64,000 nt of DNA from the human T2T-CHM13v2.0 reference genome, Homo sapiens, in the NCBI RefSeq assembly GCF_009914755.1, contig NC_060926.1; one strand, 5' to 3'. Shown here piece by piece: positions 14,380-26,810 of the stretch (position 1 is the first letter of the stretch; each line of letters starts with the position of its first letter). The notes under the pieces are model-generated. The model saw only the letters and a program-made list of their open reading frames with translations. It was not told where the DNA came from and searched no databases. The translations under genes were made by a program, and so were the position numbers.

Positions 14380-15336
14380 TAGCTACTCTCTAAAAAAAAG
14401 TAAATCTGAAGAAACTAGCCATATTAGATATTAAACCATATTATTAAACTACAGAAATTTAAAAGAGTTTGTGATATTGCAAGATGACTCAGAAGATCAC
14501 TGGCTCAGAATAGAGGATAAAATAGAAATGATAAAAGCAGCATTTCTAAGCAGGGTAAGAAAGATTATTCAGTAAATGCTGTGAGGACTTACTGCAATGA
14601 AAAAAAAAGTTAGATTCCTATTTTGTTTCTTACATGAATATTAATCCCAGATGAATAATGATGTAAGTACAACATAATGAAACCATGAAAGTACTAGAAG
14701 GAGATATTCTTGGCCTGAGGAGATACTTTCTTGAATAAGATACAACCCAGAAATCATAAAGAAGATTGACAAATGTACTACATAAATTTTGCATTAAAAA
14801 TGCCATAAGTTAAAAGAAAATGAAGTGGTAAAAGATAATTGCAATTCATAGGAGAATGGAGTTAATTTCCCTAATATATAAAGGCCCTTATATAGCAATT
14901 TGAAAAAGGGGCATAAATGAATCTTTAAATATATTTTAATGTTTTATTTCATTAAGAATATATCTGTAATATTCTTTAAAAATATTTAGAGGAAAAAAAA
15001 AAGAATAAAAAAAAGGAAGACTCATTTGACTCCAACACCCGTTAGTCTTTATAAAAGGGGTTCAATCTTTTTTAAAAATGAGAAAAGGCTTTGAATATGC
15101 AGTTCAAAGGGAATAAAAGGGCCAATAAACAATGAAAAGAGTTTTTATCTTATATAAAATTAAAGAAATGCTAATTAAAATGCCATTTTTCACCAATGCT
15201 TGTCTAATGTTAAGTCATTTGATAATACCGAGAATATAATAGACAGTCAAACTTTTTGAAGAGCAATTATGTCTTTAAAAATATAAACTGAACAAATCCT
15301 TTGACCTGGCAGCTCCATTTCTAGTAATTTAGTTCA

Positions 15337-15402
<66 letters not shown>

Positions 15403-15900
15403 CTTTTATGAGTACATGGAAACATCTTCAGCAATATTTGTAACAAAGAAATGATTGCAATAGGGGAAAGTAAACAATTAAATGCCCATCAATAGGAAGT
15501 TGGGGTAACAAATTAAGGTACCTCTAACATGAAATGTACAGCTATTAAAACAAATGAGGTAGATCTGTGTGAATATAAAAAGTTATCTAAGATATAGTAA
15601 GAGAACAACACAAGGTGTAGATACATAGAAGCTTATTTCATGTAAAATAGATATGTATGCTTGTATATTTGTAGACATTTCTATAAGACACGAATTATTA
15701 GCAGTAGTTACCATTTTTTAAAAATTTAACGTATGCAGAGGCAGTTCTGTACTTCATTTATTGATGCTACATATATAGCAAGTAGAAAGCATACTTGAAA
15801 CTAAGACATAATATAGTTTATTTTAGGGTGAAAAGAGTGGAATGAAATTGGAGAGGGGCACATAGAAATCTTTAAACATACTTTAATTTTTTTTAAGAAT
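14380..15900 (+). mobile_element. Ancient L1M (ORF2 3' part and 3' UTR), heavily decayed
   Basis: Residual L1 motifs such as ccagaaatcataaagaagattgacaaa, gccaataaacaatgaaaaga, cctttgacctggcagctccatttctag and aaatgcccatcaatagg. Confidence 0.7.
15337..15402. repeat. (TA)n microsatellite, interrupted
   Basis: About 65 bp of TA with TG/CA interruptions. Confidence 0.95.
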
Positions 15901-16860
15901 ATATCTGTAATACTCCTTACAAATATTTGAAGGGGAAAAAAAAGAAATGACTTACTTGACTCCGACACCCGTTAACCTCTATAAAACTGCTTAAAATAAT
16001 CAGTGATACAATGATGACTCACTTTTTTTTTTTAATGTGAAAGCCTTTCATGCGTAGGGATTAACATTTCCTTTGAGAAATTGGATCTACTTGGTGGAAC
16101 ATTCTTGTACTGATCTTTCTTGTTTACCAGATTTTTTCTATTAATACAGTCTGAAAGGAACAGTTGTGGTTTTATAGTGTGTCTCTGTTTGTTGTCAAAC
16201 AGCAGCTGATATTTTATTAAGTTACTAGTAGTGCTGGGGAAATAGCCCCATGAACCCCTTACCTCCCTCACCTGCCTTGGAGATCTCTCACCAAAATTAC
16301 TGGATCTTTTATAAGACATGGTTCTCCAGCAAAATATTACTGGTAGATATTCTTTGAAACCTAGGAGGGTAAGTCTTCATGTTCTGGAAAAGTTAAAAGT
16401 TAAAAATTGTTCACTCTGAGCTGTGGGCTGGGCTCTCAGATCTGCACGGCAGAATTCTCCCTTAAATATTAGGAACTTCTTCCTGCTTACAAATCCCCAC
16501 TGACACCTTTGGGAACTCTCTGTGCAGGATGGTTCAGAATCCATCACCCAGACTGCTCCCTAAGTGCAAAGAGGAGGGCTGGGTGATGTGGCATTCACTG
16601 CCCTCTTGTCTCTCTGATTCAGAAACTCATAGCGACAAAAGATAACAGCACCAAGCAATGAAACTAACATTAGTCAAATGTGGGTGGGAGGCAGCTATTG
16701 CTTTGGATACCAAATTAAGTGGCTTATCTTCTTGCACGACACACATTTTACCCTCATAGCATTAAAACGGAGTTTTAAACATGCACGGTGGATTTTCTCC
16801 CAAGCACTGTGTCATCAGTATGATGAATATTACTTAGTGAGGGGCACACATCTAAGTCAC

Positions 16861-17177
16861 TTTTTGTATTGTTTTGTTTTGTTTTGTTTTGGAGACAAGG
16901 TCTCACTCTGTCTCCCAGGCTGGAGTGCAGTGGCATGATCACAGCTCACTGCAGCCATGACCTCCCAGGCCAGTGATCCTCCCACCTTAGCTTCCTGAGT
17001 AGCTGGGACAGAGGCATGTACCACCACGCCAGGGTAATTTACTTATTTTTTATTTTTTGCAGAGATGGGGTCTTGCTGCGTTGACCAGGCTGGTCTTGAA
17101 CTCCTGGCCTCAAGCGATCTCCTCGCTTTGGCCTCCCAAATTGCTGGGATTACAAGCATGAGCCATGATGCCTGGCC
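16861..17177 (-). mobile_element. AluJ-type
   Basis: (GTTTT)n tail and TSD AAGTCACTTTT. Confidence 0.92.
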
Positions 17178-17341
17178 CCTAAAAGTCACTTTTAAGGAGA
17201 CAGTTTCCTACCCAGAAACCTGGGACAAACTCATTTCAGTAGACAGCCCAGTTGGCTAGTACCAACATCCCAATGGAAAGCATGCTAGCCACAAATTAGC
17301 CAAAGAAAGTATTATCGGAAGAAAAAAACTACATTACATAT

Positions 17342-17639
17342 TGCTAGCGTCTGAATATGTCCCCCCAAATTCATATGTTGAAACATAATTACCAATGTGA
17401 TAGTGTTGAGAGGTGAGGCCTTCAGGAAGTAATCAAGTCATAAGGGCAGTGCCCTCACGGATAGGATTAGGGCCCTCATAAAAGGGCTTAAGGGACCAGG
17501 CCCTCACCAGACACTGAACCTGCCAGCACCTTGGTCTTGGACTTCCCAGCCTCCAGAACTGTGAGAAATAAATCTTTATTGTTTGTAAATTACCCAGTTT
17601 GTGTTAGAATGTTACAGCAGTAAAAAATGGACTAAGACA
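17342..17639 (+). mobile_element. MaLR LTR (MST-type), internally deleted
   Basis: tgcta...ctgaatatgtccccccaaattcatatgttgaaa...ccagaactgtgagaaataaa...ggactaagaca. Confidence 0.88.
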
Positions 17640-17672
17640 CATACCCTGCCACGACAAATCCCAGAACAGTAC

Positions 17673-18472
17673 TGTCAGTGAAAAGAGCCAAAGTCTGTAA
17701 AATATTTGAAGAGTTTTATTTTGAGCCAAATATGAGTGACCATGGCCCACAGCACTGTCTCAAGAGGTCCTGAGAACATGTGCCCAAGGTGGTTGGGTTG
17801 CAGCTTGGTTTTATATGTCTTAGGGAGACAAAAGACATCAATCAATACATGTGAGGTATACATTGGTTAAGTCCCAAAAGGCAGGACAATTTGAAGGGTG
17901 GGGACTTACAGGTCACAGGTGGATTCAAAGATTTTCTGATTGGCTGAGAGTTAAGTTATTATCTAAAAACCTGGGATCAATAGAAAGGAGTGTCTGGGTT
18001 AAGATAAGGGGTTGTGGCTCCAAGGTTCTTACTATGTAGTGAAGCAGGCAGTTTCCAGTAGTCTATAGGTGGCAGGCCTTTCAGACCATAGATGGCAAAT
18101 GTTTCCTATTCAATCCTTTAAGAGGTGCGAGACTCTCAGTTAATCTCTTCAAGACTGGGAGGACCTGGTAGAGGAAAGACCTAGTTATGTTAATGGAGAT
18201 TCTTTACAGAGGCAAATTTCCCCCCCAAAAAAACAGCTTTACAGAGCTATTTCTAAATATGGTGATGAAACATATTTTTGGGGTAAAACATTTTGGTTTC
18301 CCTCTTCATCTGTCATGTGATGTTATGACGAGTCAAGTTGGAAAGTAATCCATGTTACATAGGGTTAAATAAAATCCATCTTCTGAGACTTTCTGTTTGT
18401 ACTGTGTGACTTCTCTGACCCTTTAGGTAGGGATTTAGACAAGAGAGAAAAATGGTCAGAGTTTAGTCCTTG
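17673..18472 (-). mobile_element. ERV1 MER4-family solo LTR (MER4D/E-like)
   Basis: gagccaaatatgagtgaccatggcc...ggtcctgagaacatgtgcccaaggtggttggg and ends gtcagagtttagtcct. Flanked by GTAC/GTAT 4-mers. Confidence 0.85.
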
Positions 18473-18477
18473 GTATG

Positions 18478-18769
18478 TTTTGGTGTCTGGGTCTTGCTCT
18501 GTCAGCCAGACTGGAGTGCAGTGACACAATCATGGCTCAGTGTAGCCTTGACCTCCTGGGCTCAAGTGATCCTCCCACCTCAGCCTCCCAAGTAGCTGGG
18601 ACTACAGACACATACCACCATACCTGGCTAATTTTAAAATTTTTTTGTAGCAACAAGATTTTTCACTTTGTTGCCCGGGCTGGTCTTGAACTCCTGAGCT
18701 CAAGTGCTCCTTCCACCTCAGCCTCCCAAAGTGCTGGGATTACAAGAGTGAGCCACTGTGCCCAGCCTG
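18478..18769 (-). mobile_element. AluJ-type
   Basis: Dimeric antisense Alu. It explains the 173-aa ORF at 18475. Confidence 0.92.
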
Positions 18770-19133
18770 GTTTGCACTTTGAGATGCTCTGTTGGCAGAC
18801 TCCTCAGCAAAGCCTGCTGCCTGCTGTGTCTTCCCACTGGTGCAACAAGCCTGTTGCTCTTTGGGTGTCCTCTGCTCTCCTGTCTCTTTGGGGCTCTGGG
18901 AGACACAGGCTTTTGCATATTCACCTCACTCCTGGTCCAGTGTCCTTACTCATTCATCATGGGCACTTTAGGTCTTTCTGCTGTTCCAGATGTTAACAGG
19001 TGAATGAAGTCTCATAGTCACCGTATCAACCAGTGGGTACGGCAGCTTTCAGAATAAAACTTTCTTTCTCCAATTCTTTGCATTGTGCTATTATCTATCA
19101 ACTGGCATATATTGAACACTAGGAGGCTCCAGA

Positions 19134-19447
19134 CCTGCCCTGTCCAGTACAGGAGTCATTAGCTACTTTAGGCTATGGAGCACTTGCAAGGCACCTAATA
19201 CAAATTGAGATGTGCTCTGAATGTAAAATACACGATGGATTTTGAAGACTTAACACAAAAAAAGTAAAATATCTCAATAATTTTTATACTGATTACATGT
19301 TGCAGTGGTAACATGTTAGATATATTGGGTAATTAAAATGTATTAGTAAAATTAACTTTATTGTTTCTTATTACGTTTGAATGTAACTACTCAACAATTT
19401 AAAATTACATATGTGGCACACATCTTACTTCTATTGGACAGCACTGC
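19134..19447 (-). mobile_element. MER33-type hAT-Charlie MITE
   Basis: Terminal inverted repeats ctgccctgtccagtac...ctattggacagcactg and internal aaattacatatgtggc. Confidence 0.8.
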
Positions 19448-19574
19448 CCAGGACATGTTTATTCAAATGTCTGTTGAGTGCCTATGAGGGTTTAGTCACT
19501 AAGCCAAGTGCTAGCTGCATGATGGGGCTTATGAAGAAAATCAAAGCCTTTGCCTTCATGAAGACAGATAGTAA

Positions 19575-19658
19575 TGTAAACACCCTGTGGGTTCTTGCCG
19601 GCTTCCCAGATAGAGCCAATTTATCAAGGCAGGGGAATTGCAATAGAGAAAGAGTTTA
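19575..19658 (-). mobile_element. ERV1 LTR8-family 3'-terminal fragment
   Basis: tgtaa...tgggttcttgcc...agatagagccaatttatcaaggcaggggaattgcaatagagaaagag matches the recalled reverse-complement end of LTR8. Confidence 0.65.
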
Positions 19659-19715
19659 CCACTGCACTCCAGCCTCGGTGAAAGAGTGAGACTGTCTCAA
19701 AAAAAAAAAAAAAAA
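19659..19715 (+). mobile_element. Severely 5'-truncated Alu (3' 40 nt plus poly(A))
   Basis: ccactgcactccagcctcggtgaaagagtgagactgtctc followed by A17. Confidence 0.9.
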
Positions 19716-19724
19716 GAGAGAGTT

Positions 19725-20686
19725 CATTAGAGTGAATAGGCAACCTACAGAATGGGAGAAAACTTTTGCAACCTATCCATCTGACAAAGGGCTAATATCC
19801 AGAATCTACAAAGAACTTAAACAAATTTACAAGAAAAAAACAACCCCATCAAAAAGTGGGCAAAGGAAATAGACACTTCTCAAAAGAAGACATTTATGCA
19901 GCCAACAAACATATGAAAAAAAGCTCATCATCACTGGTTATTAGAGAAATGCAAATCAAAACCACAGTGAGATACTATCTCATGCCAGTTAGAATGGCGA
20001 TCATTAAAAAGTCAGGAAACAACAGATGCTGGAGAGAATGCGGAGAAACAGGAACACTTTTACACTGTTGGTGGGAGTGTAAAATAATTCAACCATTGTG
20101 GAAGACAGTGTGGTGATTCTTCAAGGATCTAGAACTAGAAATGCCACTTGACTCAGCAATCCGATTACTGGGTATATACCCAACCCAGTGGATTATAAAT
20201 CATTCTACTATAAAGACATGCACATGTATGTTTATTGCGGCACTATCCACAATAGCAAAGACTTGGAACCAACCAAAATGTCCATCAATGATAGAGTGGA
20301 TAAAGAAAATGTGGCACATATACACCATGGAATACTATGCAGCCATAAAAAAGGATGAGTTCATGTCCTTTGCAGGGACATGGATGAAGCTGTAAACCAT
20401 CATTCTCAGCAAACTAACACAGGAACAGAAAACCAAACACCACATGTTCTCACTCGTAAGTGGGAGTTGAACAATGAGAGCACATGGACACAGGGAGGGG
20501 AACACCACACATGGGGGCCTGTTGGGGGGTGGGGGGCTGGGGAGGGATAGCATTAAGAGAAATACCTAATGTAGGTGACGGGTTGATGGGTGTAGCAAAC
20601 CACCATGGCACATGTATACCTATGTAACAAACCTGCATGTTCTGCACATGTACCCCAGAATCTAAAGTATAAAAAATAAAAAAAAA
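19725..20686 (+). mobile_element. 5'-truncated primate L1PA (end of ORF2, 3' UTR, A-tail)
   Basis: ORF-track peptides [17 protein letters not shown]...CWWECK and KTWNQPKCPSMIEWIKKMWHIYTMEYYAAIKK are the L1 ORF2p C-terminus, broken by stops and frameshifts. A G-rich 3' UTR tract is present. Confidence 0.96.
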
Positions 20687-21024
20687 CCTAAAAGATTCAA
20701 AGAAACTAGTTAAAAGGCAATAGCAGTCATCCAAGCCAAGTGTTGATAACTTATACTAAGGTGGTAGCAGTAGACATGCTCAGTGGGGAAGTATGTTTCA
20801 CCTGTCCCCAGTCTTCCAGTTATCTGGGCTCAAATAAATACAAAGACAAGAAAATGTAAATAAATTGATAACGAGGAGAAGCTCAGCTCTCTCTCTACTG
20901 TTTCCAAGGAGCTCCAGAGAGGAACTTACATTTTCCCGGTGATCTCGCTCACCCTCGCTCCTGTTCCTTGCTCTAAACTCTGTACTTGATTCTCTGTTCA
21001 GCTTGCTCTGAATGTGACCTTCCC

Positions 21025-21062
21025 GTGCTAATACAAGTCTAGGCGGTGCTAATACAAGTCTA
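21025..21062. repeat. Tandem duplication, period 21 (GTGCTAATACAAGTCTA x2)
   Basis: Exact 17-mer at 21025-21041 and 21046-21062. Confidence 0.92.
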
Positions 21063-21900
21063 AGGAAGTAGTAAAGCTTCACTGAAGACTAGGGAAAAGG
21101 TAACAAAAAACCAGAGTGTGAAAGAGAAAACAACCTTTACTTCATCATCCAACAAGCCTGTTGGCAAAGATCACTTTGGCCATTTCCTCCTCTCTCCTTT
21201 TCCTCCAGTTCCAGGGTCCAAACTCCTTTTCTTGAGTTTCAAAGAGAAAATGTAAAAGTCTCCCACCTTCTTACTCAGAGCCAGTTAGTGTTACTGCCCT
21301 CTTTCTCTTGACCTTACATCCAGACGCAGCTGGGGCTTTGCCTTCTAGAAGTACATGGCCCCAAAACAGAAGGATACATTTTCCTTGGTCGAGTCCCTTT
21401 AACATGAAATCATCTGAAATTAGGTTTTTAAAGAGAATTTTCTTTTTCCCACATTTGTATGACCTCATTTAATCCTCATATGAAGTGGATGTTGTGAAGC
21501 AGAAAAGAGAAGCTAAGAGAGGTGGCAGAGTAAGTTGCTCCAAATTATATAACAAGATCAAGAGAAGATTCAAAACTGAATCCAGCTGAAACCCTGGACC
21601 CATCACCACCAGCCTACACCACCTCCCCTGCAGAGATGGGCCCAAGGGCAAGGTCATTATTATCTCCTCACAGCACCACCACCTACTCCCTCTCCCTTTT
21701 GGAAAGCCACTTTTCACCTTGATGACTAGAAACTCAATAATAAATTTTGCAGAAATTGTATAACCAAAACCGCATTCTAATTTAGTGCCATTTTTCCTCT
21801 TAAGGTTGTTATTGTTGTTTTCTCTAAAGGACAATTATCTGTGTGCCCAGGAGCTGGTAAGTCACTCAAATTTATTCTATTTCAATAAAAAGCAATAGTC

Positions 21901-22246
<346 letters not shown>

Positions 22247-22367
22247 CTAAACAAGGAAGAGACGGTCAGAGTTCAGAACACTTCCTCTAAGTAGGCAAGG
22301 ATATACTAGCATCTTAGTGGGAAATAGAAAACAAAAAATTGCAAAGGCTGTGGTGGTGGTGATAATG

Positions 22368-22450
22368 GTAAGAAGAAGAAAGAAGAAGGAGAAGGAGAAG
22401 GAAGAAAGGGAGGAGGAGAGGGAGAGGTAGGGGGAGGGGGAGGGGGAGGA
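22368..22450 (+). repeat. Polypurine (GAA/GGA/GGGGA) low-complexity tract
   Basis: About 80 nt, almost pure A/G. Confidence 0.9.
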
Positions 22451-22494
22451 ATCATCAACATTTATTGTCACTTGGTGCAAGCAGGAGGAGGAAA

Positions 22495-22680
22495 AGTCAT
22501 CAACATTTACTGTCATTTGGTGCCATGCACTGCACCAAGCACTTTACATTCATTGACTCATTTAACTCTCACATCAACTCTGTGAAGTTGTTCCTACTGG
22601 TATCCCCATTTTACTGCTGAAGAAACTGAGTCTCAGACAAATTTACCAACTTGCCCAAGATCACAGAGTCTAGATGTTTT
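22495..22680 (-). mobile_element. MIR
   Basis: gcactttacat...ctcatttaactctcacatcaactctgtgaag...tatccccattttac...gaagaaactgagtctcaga...cttgcccaagatcacag. Confidence 0.8.
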
Positions 22681-23715
22681 ATTTTTAAAACATATGAACT
22701 TCTGGAGCATTTTAGTAAGATAACCTGGACAGAAACATGTGAAGACTGGTCCTCAGAGCCTCTTCCAGATAACAGAACTTCTAGAAAAGACAACATCAAT
22801 TGGGTGTTACTGAGAATTGGTGTATGAACCAGATGCCACTGCCACACCTACTGATAAATTAATTAGGGCAGCAATTAATTTAGTTTTGGTTGCACCGATT
22901 TAATCATTGAATATTTATTCAAGTCATCACAGTGGAATGAATTTGGTTGATGCATTCATTTACTAATTTATTAATTCATTGATTAGCTGACACATGCCAG
23001 CTACTGCAAGGCACTGAGGATACAAAGATTCATGAGACTGTACCTGTCTTCAGGTCGTTCAGAGCCTAGAACGGGACCATAGGCTTGGCAGGGTGGGATT
23101 TTTCCTGTCTCTGCCCTCTCAAGCTGGCACCTTCAAGGCTAAGGTAATAGAAGGAGTCCTTGTGTATTGCCACAGAAATGCATTCTTAGCATCAGAGAAA
23201 GGATTGTGTCAGCAAGTGTGTAACCTTCCCCATTTGTTTTTCAGACTTTGTATTCTGAGGTCAGACCTATACGGTGCTTCCTTTTTCCTTTCTTTTCCGT
23301 TTTTAGGAGCAGAAGCTACCTTTCCTGCGTATCCAACAGGAGACCTGTGTGGAGCATAAAATGGAGACAGATGCATGTGGCTGAGACACAGCAGACAGCG
23401 AACCTTTGCAGGGGATGGCAGTGAGGATCCAGGAGAAGGGAAGGACCATCCAGGAGGGGAGAGAGGCCTTGAGAGAACTACACTTGGTGCCAGGTATTGG
23501 GGGGTGGCCAGGAAGGTGGTCCTGGGGAAGGAGCTGTACCCACAAATGTTTTACATCCAGCAAAATAACATTGTCCATCTTATTAAATAAATGTTGCTTC
23601 TTTGAATTGTATTGAATTTGTGGTGTTTAAAATTTAATTTGTAAACGTATTTTGGTTTAAACGTATCAGTAATAAATCTGATTTATAAATAAAAATATAC
23701 TTGACTTTATATATA

Positions 23716-24012
23716 CAGATAGTCTTCCCTTATCTGTAGTTTTGCTGACCGACAGACAACTGAAGTCCAAAAATATTATACACAATAAGACATTGAGAGA
23801 CACCACATTCACAGAACTTTTATTGTAGTAAATTGTTATAATTGTTCTATTTTTTATTATTCATTTCTTACTGTGCTTAATTTATAAATTAAATTTCATC
23901 ATAGGTATGTATGTCTAGGAGAAGCTTAATATATATGGGTTCCATACTATCCATGGTTTCAGGTGTCCACTGGGGATCTTGGAACATAACCCTTGCAGGT
24001 AAGGGTGCACTA
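23716..24012. mobile_element. MER44/Tigger7-type TcMar MITE
   Basis: TIR-like ends cag.tagtcttcccttatctg...caggtaagggtgcactact and internal cttaatttataaattaaatttcatcataggtatg. Confidence 0.75.
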
Positions 24013-24089
24013 CTCAATGTACTAGGATGTGGAAATTTAGTAAAAACAACTCTGGTATTCATAGACTTATTTGAATAATTTTTCCATTT

Positions 24090-26015
<1,926 letters not shown>

Positions 26016-26669
26016 CTTTAAAAATAGTTTGGGTGAACTCAAGTTTCAGAAACATTATAATGTTTTCTCAAGGTGCTTGGTTGAAAAGGGAAGGGAAGAA
26101 TCAGGTAGTATCAAGAAGGAGGTATAACATTAAGAGAGTCTAGGATTTTATTTTTTTTATACAGCGGAAAAGTTGGAAATGTCTTAGATCACATAGACCA
26201 CTCGAGGGGAAGAGATTGAAAAACCAATAAAAAAGATTCTCCTCATTACAATGGAAGCTCAGCTTTGACCATCTTAATTATGATGACTACATTCCCAGCA
26301 TCAGCACAGTGGCATGCATATAGTAGGTGTTCCATAAAATGTTATGGAAGGAGAAAAACAAGGCATGAATGCAAAAGGAAATGGAACTAAGAGTATAGTT
26401 ATGGAAGGAGACTTGAATCAGCCTCAGTGACTAGAGAGAACAAACTCCCAGAAAATGAGCAAACGGAGATAAAATGGTAGAGAAGTCCAGGAGTTCACAC
26501 CGCATAGCCTTTATCATCTTTTAAATTATGAAGCAAGGCTGTCTGCTGGGGATGGGGAAAGGAATATGGAGGAGACCTGAGGAGTCCGCAGCAATACCCC
26601 ATGCGGGCAGGGAGGAAGAGCATCCACTGTGTGCTGAGTTAGGTGTTTCAGGAGACACTGTGCAAGATG

Positions 26670-26810
26670 GGATTCCCTACCATTCAGCCTTAAAAAAGAA
26701 GGAAATGCTGTCATTTGCAACAACACAGATGAACCTGGAGAACACTACACTAAGTGAAATCAGCCAGGCACATAAAGAGGACTACCACATGATCTCACTC
26801 ATATGTGAAC
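26670..26810 (+). mobile_element. L1MA/MB fragment (ORF2 end)
   Basis: ttcagccttaaaaaagaaggaaatgctgtcatttgcaacaacacagatgaacctggag. Confidence 0.85.

Noticed and set aside
18475-18996. Longest ORF (173 aa)
   Set aside because: The first ~100 aa is antisense AluJ translation and the remainder has no recognisable domain.
19856-20395. ORFs resembling the L1 ORF2p C-terminus as an active element
   Set aside because: A 5'-truncated ~1-kb L1PA with stops and frameshifts, lacking promoter, ORF1, endonuclease and RT core.
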